DNA of 64,000 nucleotides. It comes from Octopus sinensis (Eukaryota). This document shows positions 26,925 to 39,215 of this stretch, piece by piece; positions within the stretch are counted from its first letter, which is position 1, and each line of letters begins with the position of its first letter. Both the position numbers and the translations under genes were made by a program. The stretch spans positions 45,074,001 to 45,138,000 of the forward strand of contig NC_043003.1 in NCBI RefSeq assembly GCF_006345805.1, given 5' to 3'. The notes under the pieces are model-generated. The model was given only the letters and a program-made list of their open reading frames with translations. It made no database searches and was not told the origin of the DNA.

Positions 26925-27065
26925 TTTATATTACAAGCACAAGGCCTGACATTATATATGAGGAGAGTTTAGTCGATTGCATCAGCTGTACTGTTCGATT
27001 GTTTCTTATTTCATCGACTCCCGAAAGTATGAAAGCCAAAGTCCGCATGTGAACTTATAACGTAA
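26925..27065 (-). mobile_element. SINE family B 3' fragment, tail-to-tail with the previous copy
   Basis: GCACAAGGCCTGA...ATCGACTCCCGAAAGTATGAAAGCCAAAGTC. Confidence 0.65.
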
Positions 27066-27187
27066 TACAAGAAGAAATGCCACAAAGCATTCTTTTCCGG
27101 TACTGTAAAGATTCTGCACGCTCGCCGCTTTCTCTCACCAGTAATATGAAGTTAGGTGAATAATAATTTAAAAAACTAATATCACAA

Positions 27188-27224
<37 letters not shown>

Positions 27225-27255
27225 CTGTGTGTGCGATCATGTATGTATATGTATG

Positions 27256-27313
<58 letters not shown>

Positions 27314-27360
27314 GTGTGTGTGTATGTGCCTGTGTGTGCGATCATGTATGTATATGTATG

Positions 27361-27446
<86 letters not shown>

Positions 27447-27482
27447 AAGATATATATAAATACACATATATGTATATATAGT

Positions 27483-27822
27483 GAAGGCGCATGGCTCAGT
27501 GGTTAGAGCGTCGAGCTTACGATCGTGAGGTTGTGAGCTCGAATCCCGGACCGGGCTGCGTGTTGTGTTCTTGAGCAAGGCACTTTATTTTTCACGTTGC
27601 TCCAGTTCACTCAGCTGTAGAAATGAGTTGCGACGTCACTGGTGCCAAGCTGTATCGACCTTTGTCTTTCCCTTGGATAACACTGGTGGCGTGGAGAGGG
27701 GAGGTTGGTATGCATGGGCGACTGCTGGTCTTCCATAAACAACCTTGCCCGGACTTGTGTCTAGGAGGGTAACTTTCTAGGTGCAATCCCATGGTCATTC
27801 ATGACCGAAGGGGGTCTTTACC
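27483..27822 (+). mobile_element. tRNA-derived SINE family D
   Basis: GAAGGCGCATGGCTCAGTGGTTAGAGCG...CTCGAATCCCGG (A/B boxes) followed by TTGAGCAAGGCACTTT...CAGTTCACTCAGCTG central domain. Related copy at 41307. Confidence 0.85.
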
Positions 27823-27884
<62 letters not shown>

Positions 27885-27932
27885 GGTGAATTGAAGGAAT
27901 GGAGCTGAACGAAGATTGAACAGAAATCGTTT

Positions 27933-28025
27933 TATTTCATTCTACACGTGTTTCGAAAGGCATAATTTACCAAAATCCGATTGAATAATGAGACCATATT
28001 GTGTCTTTCTCTTCAGGAAGAAATA
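27933..28025 (-). ncRNA. Type I hammerhead ribozyme, mirror copy (canonical CUGAAGA core)
   Basis: Reverse-complement copy of the HHR at 28065-28157, with one substitution in stem II. Confidence 0.75.
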
Positions 28026-28064
28026 GGAAATCCGTTGGAAAAAACAAAAACAGAACGGATTTCC

Positions 28065-28157
28065 TATTTCTTCCTGAAGAGAAAGACACAATATGGTCTC
28101 ATTATTCAATCGGATTTTGGTAAATTGTGCCTTTCGAAACACGTGTAGAATGAAATA
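28065..28157 (+). ncRNA. Type I hammerhead ribozyme (canonical core, minimal palindromic stem III)
   Basis: tatttc-ttc CUGAAGA gaaag-a-cacaat...attgtg-c-ctttc GAAAC ACGU GUA gaa-t-gaaata. Stem I 3+6 bp, stem II 11 bp, predicted cleavage 3' of A28147. Confidence 0.8.
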
Positions 28158-29199
28158 AAACGATTTCTGTTCAATCTTCGTTCAGCTCCATTTCTTCAAT
28201 TCACCAATAATATTTTAATTTCAATTATCCGCACCAACGCACGGTTGCAACACCATATGGTTGTACCTCCAACCCTGCTGTCTTCTGCTGTGATTTTTGC
28301 TACCAAGGTATCGGTTAAACTTTTGTTTAATCTGCTACAAGATTATTCATCTTTCTATTTCACATAATATATATATATATATATATATAAAATAATAATA
28401 TTTTTGTACAAATATATTATATTTGCTATACGACCAGCAGTTATTGTCACCATCTTATATCTATTTTTATATATTAATGTTTCTTTGTTTCTTACAGTTT
28501 AGCACCTCGATTCTTTAAATTTATTCCGTTTTCTACTAAAATATTGTTTTCACACTTTATTCCTCTTCATATATAGTTCCTTACATGGTTTACAAGAAAA
28601 ATCGGCACAATTTTCAATGCTTAGCTTGTCTCTGAGTGTACAGCATAAATTCAACCGACATTGTTTTTCATCACTTGCGACATTTTGGCCGTTTGTCATT
28701 TTATTAATGTTTTTCCTATAAAAATTCCTCCGGTAACTCTCAGCTCTCAACCTTTTACGAGATTCCACCAACACTTATATGTTTACATTGACATTTTTCT
28801 CCAACGTAATAACAGTACAATTTTTTTCTGACAAAAGCGGATTCTACTGTTCTGTTTTTGATGCAGATCAGTGTTTGTATCTAACTCTGTGGAATATAAC
28901 CACAAATGGTTACAGTAGAGCGCATTGGCAGTCAGAAAGTGGAAATAAATGTGTTAGTGTGGAAAGAAAGAAAGTGTGGTGTTGGCGGTTAAACTTGCTT
29001 TTGATAATAAAAAGTAAATGATGTCATTTTTATTTATTTCTTATAGAGTTTGAATATAATACTTAACTTAGAAGGTCTCCTAAATGTAACGGTCATCATT
29101 GAGATTAGACGTATTGTATAATATTAACTGTGATTATTCAATTGAAATTTTAAATTGGTATGAAGACTTATATTGAGATGCACATATGACTACTAATGT

Positions 29200-29480
29200 G
29201 AAACATATTCTGGCTAGAAAAGGCTGGTTTGAAAAATTCGATCGGAGCTTTACGTTGCACAAAATTAAAATGACCAGTGAATCTACCAGTGTGGATATAG
29301 ATGCTGAAATTATTATCATGAGGAGCTAAAACAAAATTTCAGCAAGAAGCACTAGAACAAGTATAAATTGGGGATGAAATTGAACTTCATTGCTATGTTG
29401 TATCTACTGGAACTTATATTTGCGGAGACCAAAAATCTGCATGAGTCTTTAAATATTCAGAAAAAAAAGTATCGGAAAAC
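29200..29480 (+). mobile_element. Tigger/pogo-like transposase remnant
   Basis: LARKGWFEKFDRSFTLHKIKMTSESTSVD (cf. FxASKGWFEKFK...LHNIKxTGESASAD), then EQV*IGDEIEL...TYICGDQKSA (cf. EQVFNxDETGL). Confidence 0.6.
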
Positions 29481-29980
29481 TGTTGCCGAAAAAATATTGT
29501 TGACAGGAATTTAATCTCAGGGATCATTGCAGGACTTTCTAAGTTTGTGTTTCATGTAATCTACCTGTGCTTTGGTGTTTATATAATAATAATAAAAAAA
29601 TTCCTGGTTACATGCCAGGTCTTGAAGCAATTTTTCCTGATTTATAAAGGTAGATGGCAAGATGTTATATTTTCACATAAGCAGTTCTCTTTTTAGACAA
29701 TGTATCTAACCATCAAATAATATTAAGTCATCATTCTGATAACGTGAAAAATGTTCCTCCATGTTCTACCTAAATGAAGATATATTATCTGAGTACTTGG
29801 AAGCAACTCATAAATGCATGATGAGGCGGAGAGGTATTAATAATAAACGATGATACGAAAGCGATGTTTACATATTTCATTTTGGATTGTGGCATCAAAA
29901 TAATATATATATGATGTTGAGGGGACAAACACAGACACACAAACATATGCACACGCATACATATATATATACATATATAC

Positions 29981-30139
29981 GACGGGCTTCTTTCAGTTTC
30001 TGTCTACCAAATCCACTCACAAGGCTTTGGTCGGCCCGAGGCTATAGTAGAAGACACTTGCCCAAGGTGCCACGCAGTGGGACTGAACCCTGAACCATGT
30101 GGTTGGTAAGCAAGCTACTTACCACTCAGCCACTCCTGT
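29981..30139 (-). mobile_element. SINE family A, 5' half, well conserved
   Basis: GACGGGCTTCTTTCAGTTTC...CCCAAGGTGCCACGCAGTGGGACTGAACC...CAGCCACTCCTG. Confidence 0.9.
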
Positions 30140-32849
30140 GTAATGTTCAAAGAAGTTTTAGAAGACGACGTAGCCAAGAAATTAATGTATAGGAATCTGA
30201 TTATTTTAGAGCATGAGCCAGCTGCAAGTTTATTTCACTACACAAAAAAACTCTAAATAAGGTATATCTGCCAGTTTTTTGTTTGTTTGTTTTTTTTGCT
30301 TATAACACTCCGAGAACTAAACGTAGTATAAATATGACAAGGGAAGTGATCATAGTGAGCTCTGTGTCCCAAATATCTGACATATTTGGTTAAATACTTA
30401 ATCATTACAGTAGATGTTAATGATGATTATATAAAGTGCAGTAGGTAGTATCCCTCCCATTTTCAAGAACATTCACCTAACACCCGCCATCACGGTCTTT
30501 TGTGGTGAGTAACGTTCTCTTCTAAGAATTAACTGCACTCGTATTATTTTCCGCTAGAAGTTTGTCCTCAAATAGATTTTTAGGTATTCCGTACCGTTCT
30601 GTGCATTTAACGATTGGTATTTTTATGTATAAATGGTTGTATGATTTGCGTTCCGGAATTCCGATTTGCAACAACATGGAATTCCATGACGCGTGGGAAG
30701 ATGAATGATAACGATGTGAAACAAAATGTAGAGCAATAGAGAAAAGACGTGTGTGGAAAAGACAAATGCATAAAAATATGTATTGACGACCAGGTGCAGA
30801 GAGAGAGAGAGACAGAGAGAGACAGAGTTAATAGCATTGAACATAATGAAAAAGAAATAAATATTGTTTATATTTTAGAAATGTGAAAATACAAATGCGT
30901 CTCTTTTTAATTGCCATTTAATTTCTTATCGTTGGATAATAAATCTATTACTCATAATGGCATAACTAAACGTTGACTCATTATTAAGACATATAGTGTC
31001 TAAATGTATGGCAGGACGAGATTTTGGATAAAAGGGCCTATATAATAATTTTCATTTTAAAGAATGCAAATCTGTTATTTTAATTTTTACATGTTTTTCG
31101 TAAAATTCATTACTTTATTTCTAAGCTGAGAAGCGTATATGAAATTTTATACGATGACAAGTAATGGTCGACATAATACAACATAGGCATAGATGCATTT
31201 GAGTGTTTAATTAATCCCTTCTTAAACGAGTTCCAATTTTACACAATCAATAATGTGTGTACCATTAATATACTGAGATTGATACTAGGAATTATATCCC
31301 TTACAGATAGTTATTTAACTTGTATCCAACAAAGAAATATTATTTATTTTCTTTAAATTTTTTGTTAGTTTTAAATGTAATGAAAGCATTATTTTTGCCA
31401 ATATCACAGCTATAAAACATTAGAATCTACCTCACATCCACCTCAGCACTCACCTTACCATTGACTATATCACAGTCACAATCTGATAATGTGTTTTATT
31501 TCTGAAACTAGTTATCAAAAATGACAGACACTTTCGTCTTAATATGTACATGTTTGTATGGATATGTGCATAAGTGTGTATTTCTTTGTGAGTTTTAGTC
31601 TGTGGGCCTGGGTACTTTTATGTGTATGTGTGTATGTGAGTGCATATTTATAAGTGTATAATTCTGGCAGGAATAGAGAGGTATTGGAGTGGAATTGATG
31701 AAATGAAAGCAATAATGACGTATTCAATTTCGAGTTGTCTGGACGGGATGAAAAAAATGTTAATCATCATTTAATAATTAGATATGTTAAAGAAGCTCAG
31801 CATTTCTACAGAAAAAGAATTCTATATGGCCTGCGCTTCATTTATTTTTGTTAACGTCATCATCAAAAATAATATCCAGACGTTACTTATAAGTGTTTGC
31901 AAACTTGCAGATTTTGTGACATTCATTATGAACAAATACAAAACATGATACCACAGTCTTACATAAATATAAAAATATTTATCATTACAGATGCAGTGCA
32001 TGGATACTGCTTCCCATTTGCTACTAAAATACGGTTATTTAATTATATTATTTATTATTATTATTATTGCATCAATATACGACTGTATGACACAATAACT
32101 TGGGTAAGATTCCGCCAAACAAAGGCTTAACAGCATACAGTCATCCACGTAAAGTTAATATATTGTTTCAGATATCTGTTTTTTTTTCACTCTCATTATT
32201 CAAAGATGGAAATAATTTCGTGAGTGCACGAAGATAAACATCGTATCCAACCAATTTGATTTTTTTTTTTAATTCTACATATGGTTTTTGTTATCATTTT
32301 ATCCTTCTTTTCGTGTAAACCTGTTGACACTTCTTATCGAATTAACTATAGGTGAATAAGCTACTAGTAGACAAGATTTAAGTATTTTGCATCAAAGACA
32401 GTTTATATGAAAGCCATTCAAGAGATGCAGACTTGTTTGTTCATAGAATAACAAGAAATTGTACAGTGTAACATATGACTACACATGAATTCAGAATAGT
32501 CTTTACATAGGAGTTGAGAAATGAATTAACAGTACATATGAGAAAAACAAAAAACACTCGTGAAACGTATGTTAATATATATTTCTATCTATAAATCGAA
32601 ACACAGAAAGAGAAGGGGCGTAAAAATATTTATGAATACTGAGGTGAAACAGAATACATAAAATATTCATATATCTAGAAATATAATTTAAACTGAGATT
32701 TTGACCAAGAGGCAAATGGAAAATATTATTTCAATAATATAACATCAGGAATAAACATGTTTATAATATAATTTTACTGGACAAGGAAACAGAGATTAGA
32801 TAAACGAAATATAGAAATCAGAATAAGCAAAATTTGGAAAGCAAAACCA

Positions 32850-33040
32850 CAGATATACATACATACTCACATACATACATACATACATACATACATACAT
32901 ACATACATACATACATACATACATACATGCATACATACATACACACACACACACTTATACATACATACATACATACATACACACATACATACATACATAC
33001 ATACATACATACATACATACATACATACATACATACATAC

Positions 33041-33105
<65 letters not shown>
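32850..33105. repeat. (CATA)n/(TG)n microsatellite
   Basis: Direct inspection. Confidence 0.95.
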
Positions 33106-33106
<1 letters not shown>

Positions 33107-33259
33107 GCGAGAAAAGCAATTCTTATATTCAAAGATCATTTTTAAATTATATCAAAAACTTCTTTGTGAAATGCCAGATTAGCAAAAATAGATGGGTGTA
33201 GTTGTATCGCAAGGCAAAGACTTCTGAAAGTAAATACATAATCCTTATACGTATAGACG

Positions 33260-33315
<56 letters not shown>

Positions 33316-34749
33316 TTGCAATATCTTTGAAAACCTACCTTGTGTCCAACTGTGTTCCTGTACTGGGTATATTAATTTCATGTCAGAAGTAAACAGCATG
33401 ATCATTTAATCACTACGTACAAATTATGTGTGCAAGTTTCTCAGAAAGTTTTTGCGAACCCGCGTATGGGTTTTTTGACAGAAGACTACATGTCATACGC
33501 AACATATTATTACATATATCATCGGTTGTTTCCCATTTTCCAGGAGTTCAACTCCCTAATGACTGAGAGCGTAGGTCTTTTTTCTGCCTTTTGTATTCTT
33601 TATATTCCTTATTATCAATCATATACCTCGACTATTACAATTTTCTAATAGAACATTATTCGTAATGTAGTCTTCTCATTTCATGTTCAAATGCAACTTC
33701 GACTTACTTTATGTAAATAATCCAAGTTTTTATGTCCTAATTATCCATGTTTTATAACTATCTAATGGCTGAGTAGAGATCTCTTACAGGAAAATTCGTA
33801 AGAGAATTGTTTAGTAGGTTTCGAATACTAGATTCGGTAATTCAATAATGCTTTCAACATTCATTTGAGACGTACAATTATTTATTTCCAAAATAGAGAT
33901 GTTATTCACCTTGCACGTGAGATATCTTAAAAGCACTCTTCTTGAAATCACAGGAAATTCTTTTCAGAATGGCTTAGGCATGGGTTTTGGATTAGGTAAT
34001 AATGAATGCTTTACAAAACCGATTAGCCGCACTTGTGAACTTGTTGACTGATTACTAAATTTCCTGCAGTTTGCGAGAAAATGTTACTTAGTCATTTGAT
34101 AGACGCTATAAGAGATTTAGGTGATGGTATTTCGCAGCAATAAAAAATTAAACCTTTCACTATCAAAATGGTAGTAATTGCAAAACATGGATTATATAAA
34201 GAACGTTTAAGGAAACATTATTGACAATTATATGAAGATGAAATTTCCGAAAACGTGACCCTCACTCTATTTATACGACCTGGGCAATTCTTCAGGAAGG
34301 TCGATGCAAGACTCAACCAAACGTAATGTATTGAATTCGCAGAATAACAAAAATAGTAATAAGGCACCCGTATAGCCTTTCTTGGAATATTCCATTCATT
34401 CACACATACATACATACATACATACACACATACATACATCTCAAAGCTGTGACCATGATTGGGCACCGCCGTTTATAAATATATATGTGTTTGTGTCTGT
34501 CTGTGTGTGTGTCTGTGTGTGTGTGTGGTGTGTGTGTGTGTGTGTGTCTGTGTGTGTGTATGTGTGTGTATGCATCTATAGCTTTCGTTCGTTTTTCGAA
34601 CTTGCCAAATAACATTTTTTTGTGGGTGTACAAGTTGCTTATTTATATAACACAGTTGTTTTTTGTTGTTGTTGTTAGAAGAGGAGAACATTGTTTTTTT
34701 TGTTTTTTTTCTTTTGTGTTTTTGTGTAGGTAGATAGATAAAGAGATTT

Positions 34750-36420
34750 TTGTTGTTGTTGCATTTCTGCAACTCCTATCTCCACATTCTCCTCCTAAGG
34801 TCTGATTCATTCTCTGATGTAAATTCTGCTCTTTTGAGATGTTAAAGATTTTGTGGTTGGCGTCTACTATTGCGTAAGGGTTTTTTTTTTCAACCTGATT
34901 TTTCATTTTGGGACTTTCTAGGAGTAGAGGTTGTTCGATTTTATGGCGTGAAAGATCTTGGTTATCTCAGGACTGTGTGTGTTAAGAAACGGGATCGTAT
35001 GTTCATTAAATTTTTGCTTAGGTGTCCGTAGTTGGGAGATGCTTAGTTTCATTGCTTTTTTAATACCCTCATTAATTAATCCTAAGGGGTATTTATGCAT
35101 TGTGAGGAGGTCTTTGAGCTCGTTGTGTTGGATTTCACGTATTTTGGGATCATTCACTATAGCACAGATGCGACTTGCCATGTTGTATGAAATGTTTCTT
35201 TTGATGTGTTATAGATGGCAAGAGTAGAAATTTAGATATTAGTGTGTGTCAGCTTTTTTGTAAATTGTCTCTTCTGATTGCGGAGTTCTGAATATTTATG
35301 TGGCTATCCTGGAATGGTAATTCATTGCAACTGGATTCTGCCGTGCATTTGATGGATGGGTAAATATGTTCAGTATAGCTAAATATAATTAGGTCCTCAT
35401 TTAATCTGTCCAAAATAATGAAGCAATCACCAAGGAAACGTTTAATGATATATTTCTTGTACTCCTGATCAAAAGTTTTCTGTAATTCCTAATAAAGTTT
35501 TTCCTCCAAGTAACCTATGACTAAGTTCGCATGTGAGGGTGCAAACTGCGTCCCCATAGCCGTGCCTTTTATTGTTGATATGTTTTATTATCGAAACTAA
35601 AGATATTTTCTTCTAGAACCTGGTGTGTGGCTTTCGTGATGAAATCAGTCTTGAAGCGTTCATATATCCGTCTTCTATTATTCTCTACCCAGTGTTTCTA
35701 GGCCCAAAGCATCAGTTATATTGGTGTAAATATTGATAACATCAAAACTTGAATATATATTACCTTCTGGGACAGTAGGTGGAGTATGCTAGATGAAATC
35801 TATGCCATCTCTTTTATAACTGGGTATATGGGTATTAAATGGCACAAACGTTTTAGGAGTATATCTAAGAAATGATTTGTTGCATTGGAGCTTGAGTTCC
35901 AGCAACTATTGGTCTTTGTTTGAGGTCAGCATGCCTTAATATTTTTATGTATTGGTTCTTCTGCCTATTTATCGCACTATGTATTTCGGAGGTTTTGTGG
36001 ATTTTGGGCAATCTGTAGAAATTGTTCTTTGATTACAGAGTTGCATGTATAATCTTTCTCCTTATCCTGAAGAAATCTTGGTATTCATTGATTAGTGTTC
36101 TGATTTCATTCATTATTTTTTTCCCTGAATGTCTTAGTTCTTCCTTGTAGTAGAGTTGGTTTCTTCAAATTTCCAATATTTTGTCTTTAGAGTAGTCCTT
36201 GTCCGAGATTACTATCGCTCCTCCCTTAACAGCTTCGTTTTGGATTAATGTGTTGTCATTTTTCAGTGTTACTAGGGCTTCCTTTTCCGCTTCACAAAGG
36301 TTTTGTTTGTATCTGTAGATATTTAGGGGAACTTTTTGAAGCTGTGTCTATATACACGTCTAAATATTTGTCATTTCCCTTGTAGGTGTGAAGTGAGATT
36401 TATTTCTTACTAATGGTTTA
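34750..36420 (-). mobile_element. Neptune-type Penelope-like element, RT to linker, decayed, truncated at the start of the endonuclease Cys motif
   Basis: EKEALVTLKNDNTLIQNEAVKGGAIVI, SFDVINIYTNI, IKGTAMGTQFAPSHANLVIGYLEE, KRFLGDCFII, ASRICAIVNDPK...YPLGLINEGIKKA...IPFLNTH, ECGDRSC. Confidence 0.85.
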
Positions 36421-36544
36421 TCATTTATATATTTATTACCGGAGGTAGCGGCTGCAATGTCCAATATCAGATTTCAGTTCAATGAGATTATGGGTGGGTG
36501 TCGGGGTAAACTCGAAACCTTTTGATAGGTTTCATCTCATTCTT

Positions 36545-36885
36545 GTGACACCTAACATCTGGACACCTAACTCTCCAGACTGCAACCCCCTTGATTATTA
36601 TGTTTGGAGCGCAGTTGGGCGAGACATTAACAAAATTCCTTGTGACACCAAAGATGAACTGAAAGCAAGTACTATAGCTGTATTCACCAACTTAAGCAAG
36701 GATACCGTCCAGAAGTGTCTGGAGGCCGTGATTGAAGCCAGTGGTGATTTTATTGAATAAATTTTCTCTTTAGTATTTCAAAATATTTTTTATGTAATTT
36801 TGGTAAATACATCTGTAGTAATGAGATACGGGTGTTATTTTTATTTTTGCGTAACTTAGACGACAAAATATTCACCACACCCTGT
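36545..36885 (+). mobile_element. maT/DD37D-like Tc1-mariner transposon 3' fragment with right TIR
   Basis: WTPNSPDCNPLDYYVWS...TKDELKA...CLEAVIEASGDFIE*; terminal ...AAAATATTCACCACACCCTGT. Confidence 0.8.
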
Positions 36886-36899
36886 TTGTAAAGTTTGGC

Positions 36900-37090
36900 A
36901 CGAAGCCGGTAAGTTCCGGTGACAGGGAGAAGCTCATTACTTTAACCTAGGGCTCAACTAACACTTATTTTATCTATCCAGAAGAATGAAAGGAAAATCG
37001 ACCTCGGTGTAATTTGAAACCACGTAAAGACGGTCGAAATGCCGTTAAGCATTTTGCGCGGCGAGGTAATGTTTCTGCCACCTCCACGGC
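36900..37090 (-). mobile_element. SINE family B, degenerate
   Basis: GAATGAAAGGAAAATCGACCTCGG...GCCGTTAAGCATTTTGC...TTTCTGCCA. Confidence 0.75.
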
Positions 37091-37122
37091 CTAAGCAACT
37101 TATGAATACAAACCTTATTTCA

Positions 37123-37335
37123 AAGGCAGCGAGTTGGCTGAATCGTTAGCACAACGGGCAGAATGCATAGGTCTCTTTCATCTGTCTTTATGTCCTGGTT
37201 TCGAATTCCGGTGAGAACAACTTTGCCTTTCATCCTCTCGGTATCAATAAAATTAGTACCAGTTTAACACTGGGGTCGATGTAATTGATTCACACTCTCC
37301 TCAGAACTTGCTGCTCTGGTGCCAAAATTTGAAAC
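37123..37335 (+). mobile_element. SINE family B, head-to-head with the previous copy
   Basis: GGCAGCGAGTTGGCTGAATCGTTAGCAC...CTTTGCCTTTCATCC...CACTGGGGTCGATGTAAT. Confidence 0.8.
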
Positions 37336-37525
37336 TGACGTTAAACTTCTTGATATATATATAATATAGTACCAAATAGTAAAGTTTATATGCCAACAGA
37401 ATGTGGCAGTCCTATAAAGACAATGTTACTGTTGTTATAGGTCTGCCACATTCTGTTGGCATAAACACATTACTATTTGGTACTGTTACTGTATATCTCA
37501 CACTCAGAGATTTAAAACAAATTGT

Positions 37526-37652
<127 letters not shown>

Positions 37653-38902
37653 GAGAGAGGCGGAGAGAGAGAAAATAAATAACATATATATTGAAGTAGA
37701 CAAGAGATTTAGAACACACTTGAACTACTTCACAGTAGGACTTTTAGTGGAAATGTAAAAAGTTTTGTATGTTCACACCTTATTGCTATTGAACTTACTC
37801 ACCTCTCTTATCACTTCTGTTAGGGACGAATTGTCCCTGGCGAAAAACGTCAGCAGTTTCCTTGGTTTACATTTTTTAACTACCTACAGAAATATTAACA
37901 GATAGTCAAGAGTTTGATAGAAGACAAAGTAGAATTCAAGAACAATGAAAGAAATGGGGAGATGGAGGAGCAGATAGAAACATGTTATAGGACACAGCTC
38001 CACAGTATAGCAAGTGAGAAATATTGACAATAAAAATTACAGAAAGTACTACAAACTACAAATTACAGTACTACAAAGAGTTACAAGTGTTAAAGTGGTA
38101 TAGACGAATTGTATTGAGTAAAGGGCTTGCGCAAAACAGAAACAAGTTAAAGAAGGTAATGAAATGAGGTAAAATTGAAGCCAAAATATATGAACAATAT
38201 AAATTACTCTCGATCGACTAATATAGTAGAACGTTGGTAATTTTTAAACGCAAATATTTTTCTAGTCTTGATTTCTAATGAATCATTATGGAAGATAGGA
38301 GTCAGAAACTTTCACCTTCAACATAATGGCATTATATTTTTTTAGGTTATTATCATCTTGAGAGACGTCAAAATAAATATTAACACCTCCCGTCAGACCC
38401 TTTCGCAGGGGATGTATTAATGGTGATATCGTTCTTGTTTTGTATAATTCGGGTTGATTTTACTGACGCTATAAATATTGTTTAAAAAAACGTTATATTA
38501 TATAACGCCATAAGTAGCCTACAGAAAGAGTTGGGATATTAATAGTGAATGTTAAATATAAAGGAAATTAAAGTTTAAATTATATATAATGATAGAGACC
38601 ACTTATATGCACTAAATGTGTGTTTCTGCCAATGTGGAATTTTCGAAACATGTGTCGAAAGTAAAAATATTTGATTTACACCTGCGTTAAACTCCATTTA
38701 TTTATTCATATATTATTCACGTAAAATATAATATAATATTCCACGTAAACACGGAGTTTCTACCTTTATAAACAAGGAGTTACAACATCTACCCTATTTT
38801 TGCTACCCTGGTAGCTATTTATTTATTTTTTCCGTGTTAATTGTTAACAAGGTAAAAATACACTCATCTATATATGTATATATATATATGTATGTATGTA
38901 TG

Positions 38903-39050
38903 CGCATGTGTGACTGTGTATTGACAAGCTTGCTTCCCAACCACATGATTTCAGGTTCAGTCCCACTGCGTGTCACCTTGGAAAAGTGCATACTATTATA
39001 GCGTCGGCCAACCAAAGCCTTGTGAGAGGATTTAGTAGACGGAAGCTTTC

Positions 39051-39084
<34 letters not shown>

Positions 39085-39215
39085 GACGGGCTTACATATA
39101 TATGTTTTTGTGTGAGTCTTTGTGTCTGTTTGTCCTCCACCCTCCCTTGACAACCGATGTTGATGTGTTTACGCCCCGTAACATAGCGGTTCAACATATA
39201 AATCGATAGAATAAA
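38903..39215 (+). mobile_element. SINE family A
   Basis: GCTTGCTTCCCAACCACATG...CAGTCCCACTGCGTG...ACCAAAGCCTTGTGAG...GACAACCGATG. Confidence 0.85.

Larger units (their letters stand above)
27884..28206. repeat. Near-perfect fold-back: 153-bp arms (27884-28036, 28054-28206), 17-bp spacer
   Basis: Arms are reverse complements; I found only 2 mismatches. Confidence 0.95.

Noticed and set aside
28450-29000. Possible Chapaev-like transposase fragments (GIFIG..., ALKIVPIFLVNHVRNY)
   Set aside because: Motif matches are short, interrupted and on inconsistent strands.
38615-38670. GAAAC-ATGT-GTC followed by GAAAG, resembling a minimal HHR stem III
   Set aside because: The upstream core (CTGCCAA or similar) is unrecognisable. 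At best a relic.
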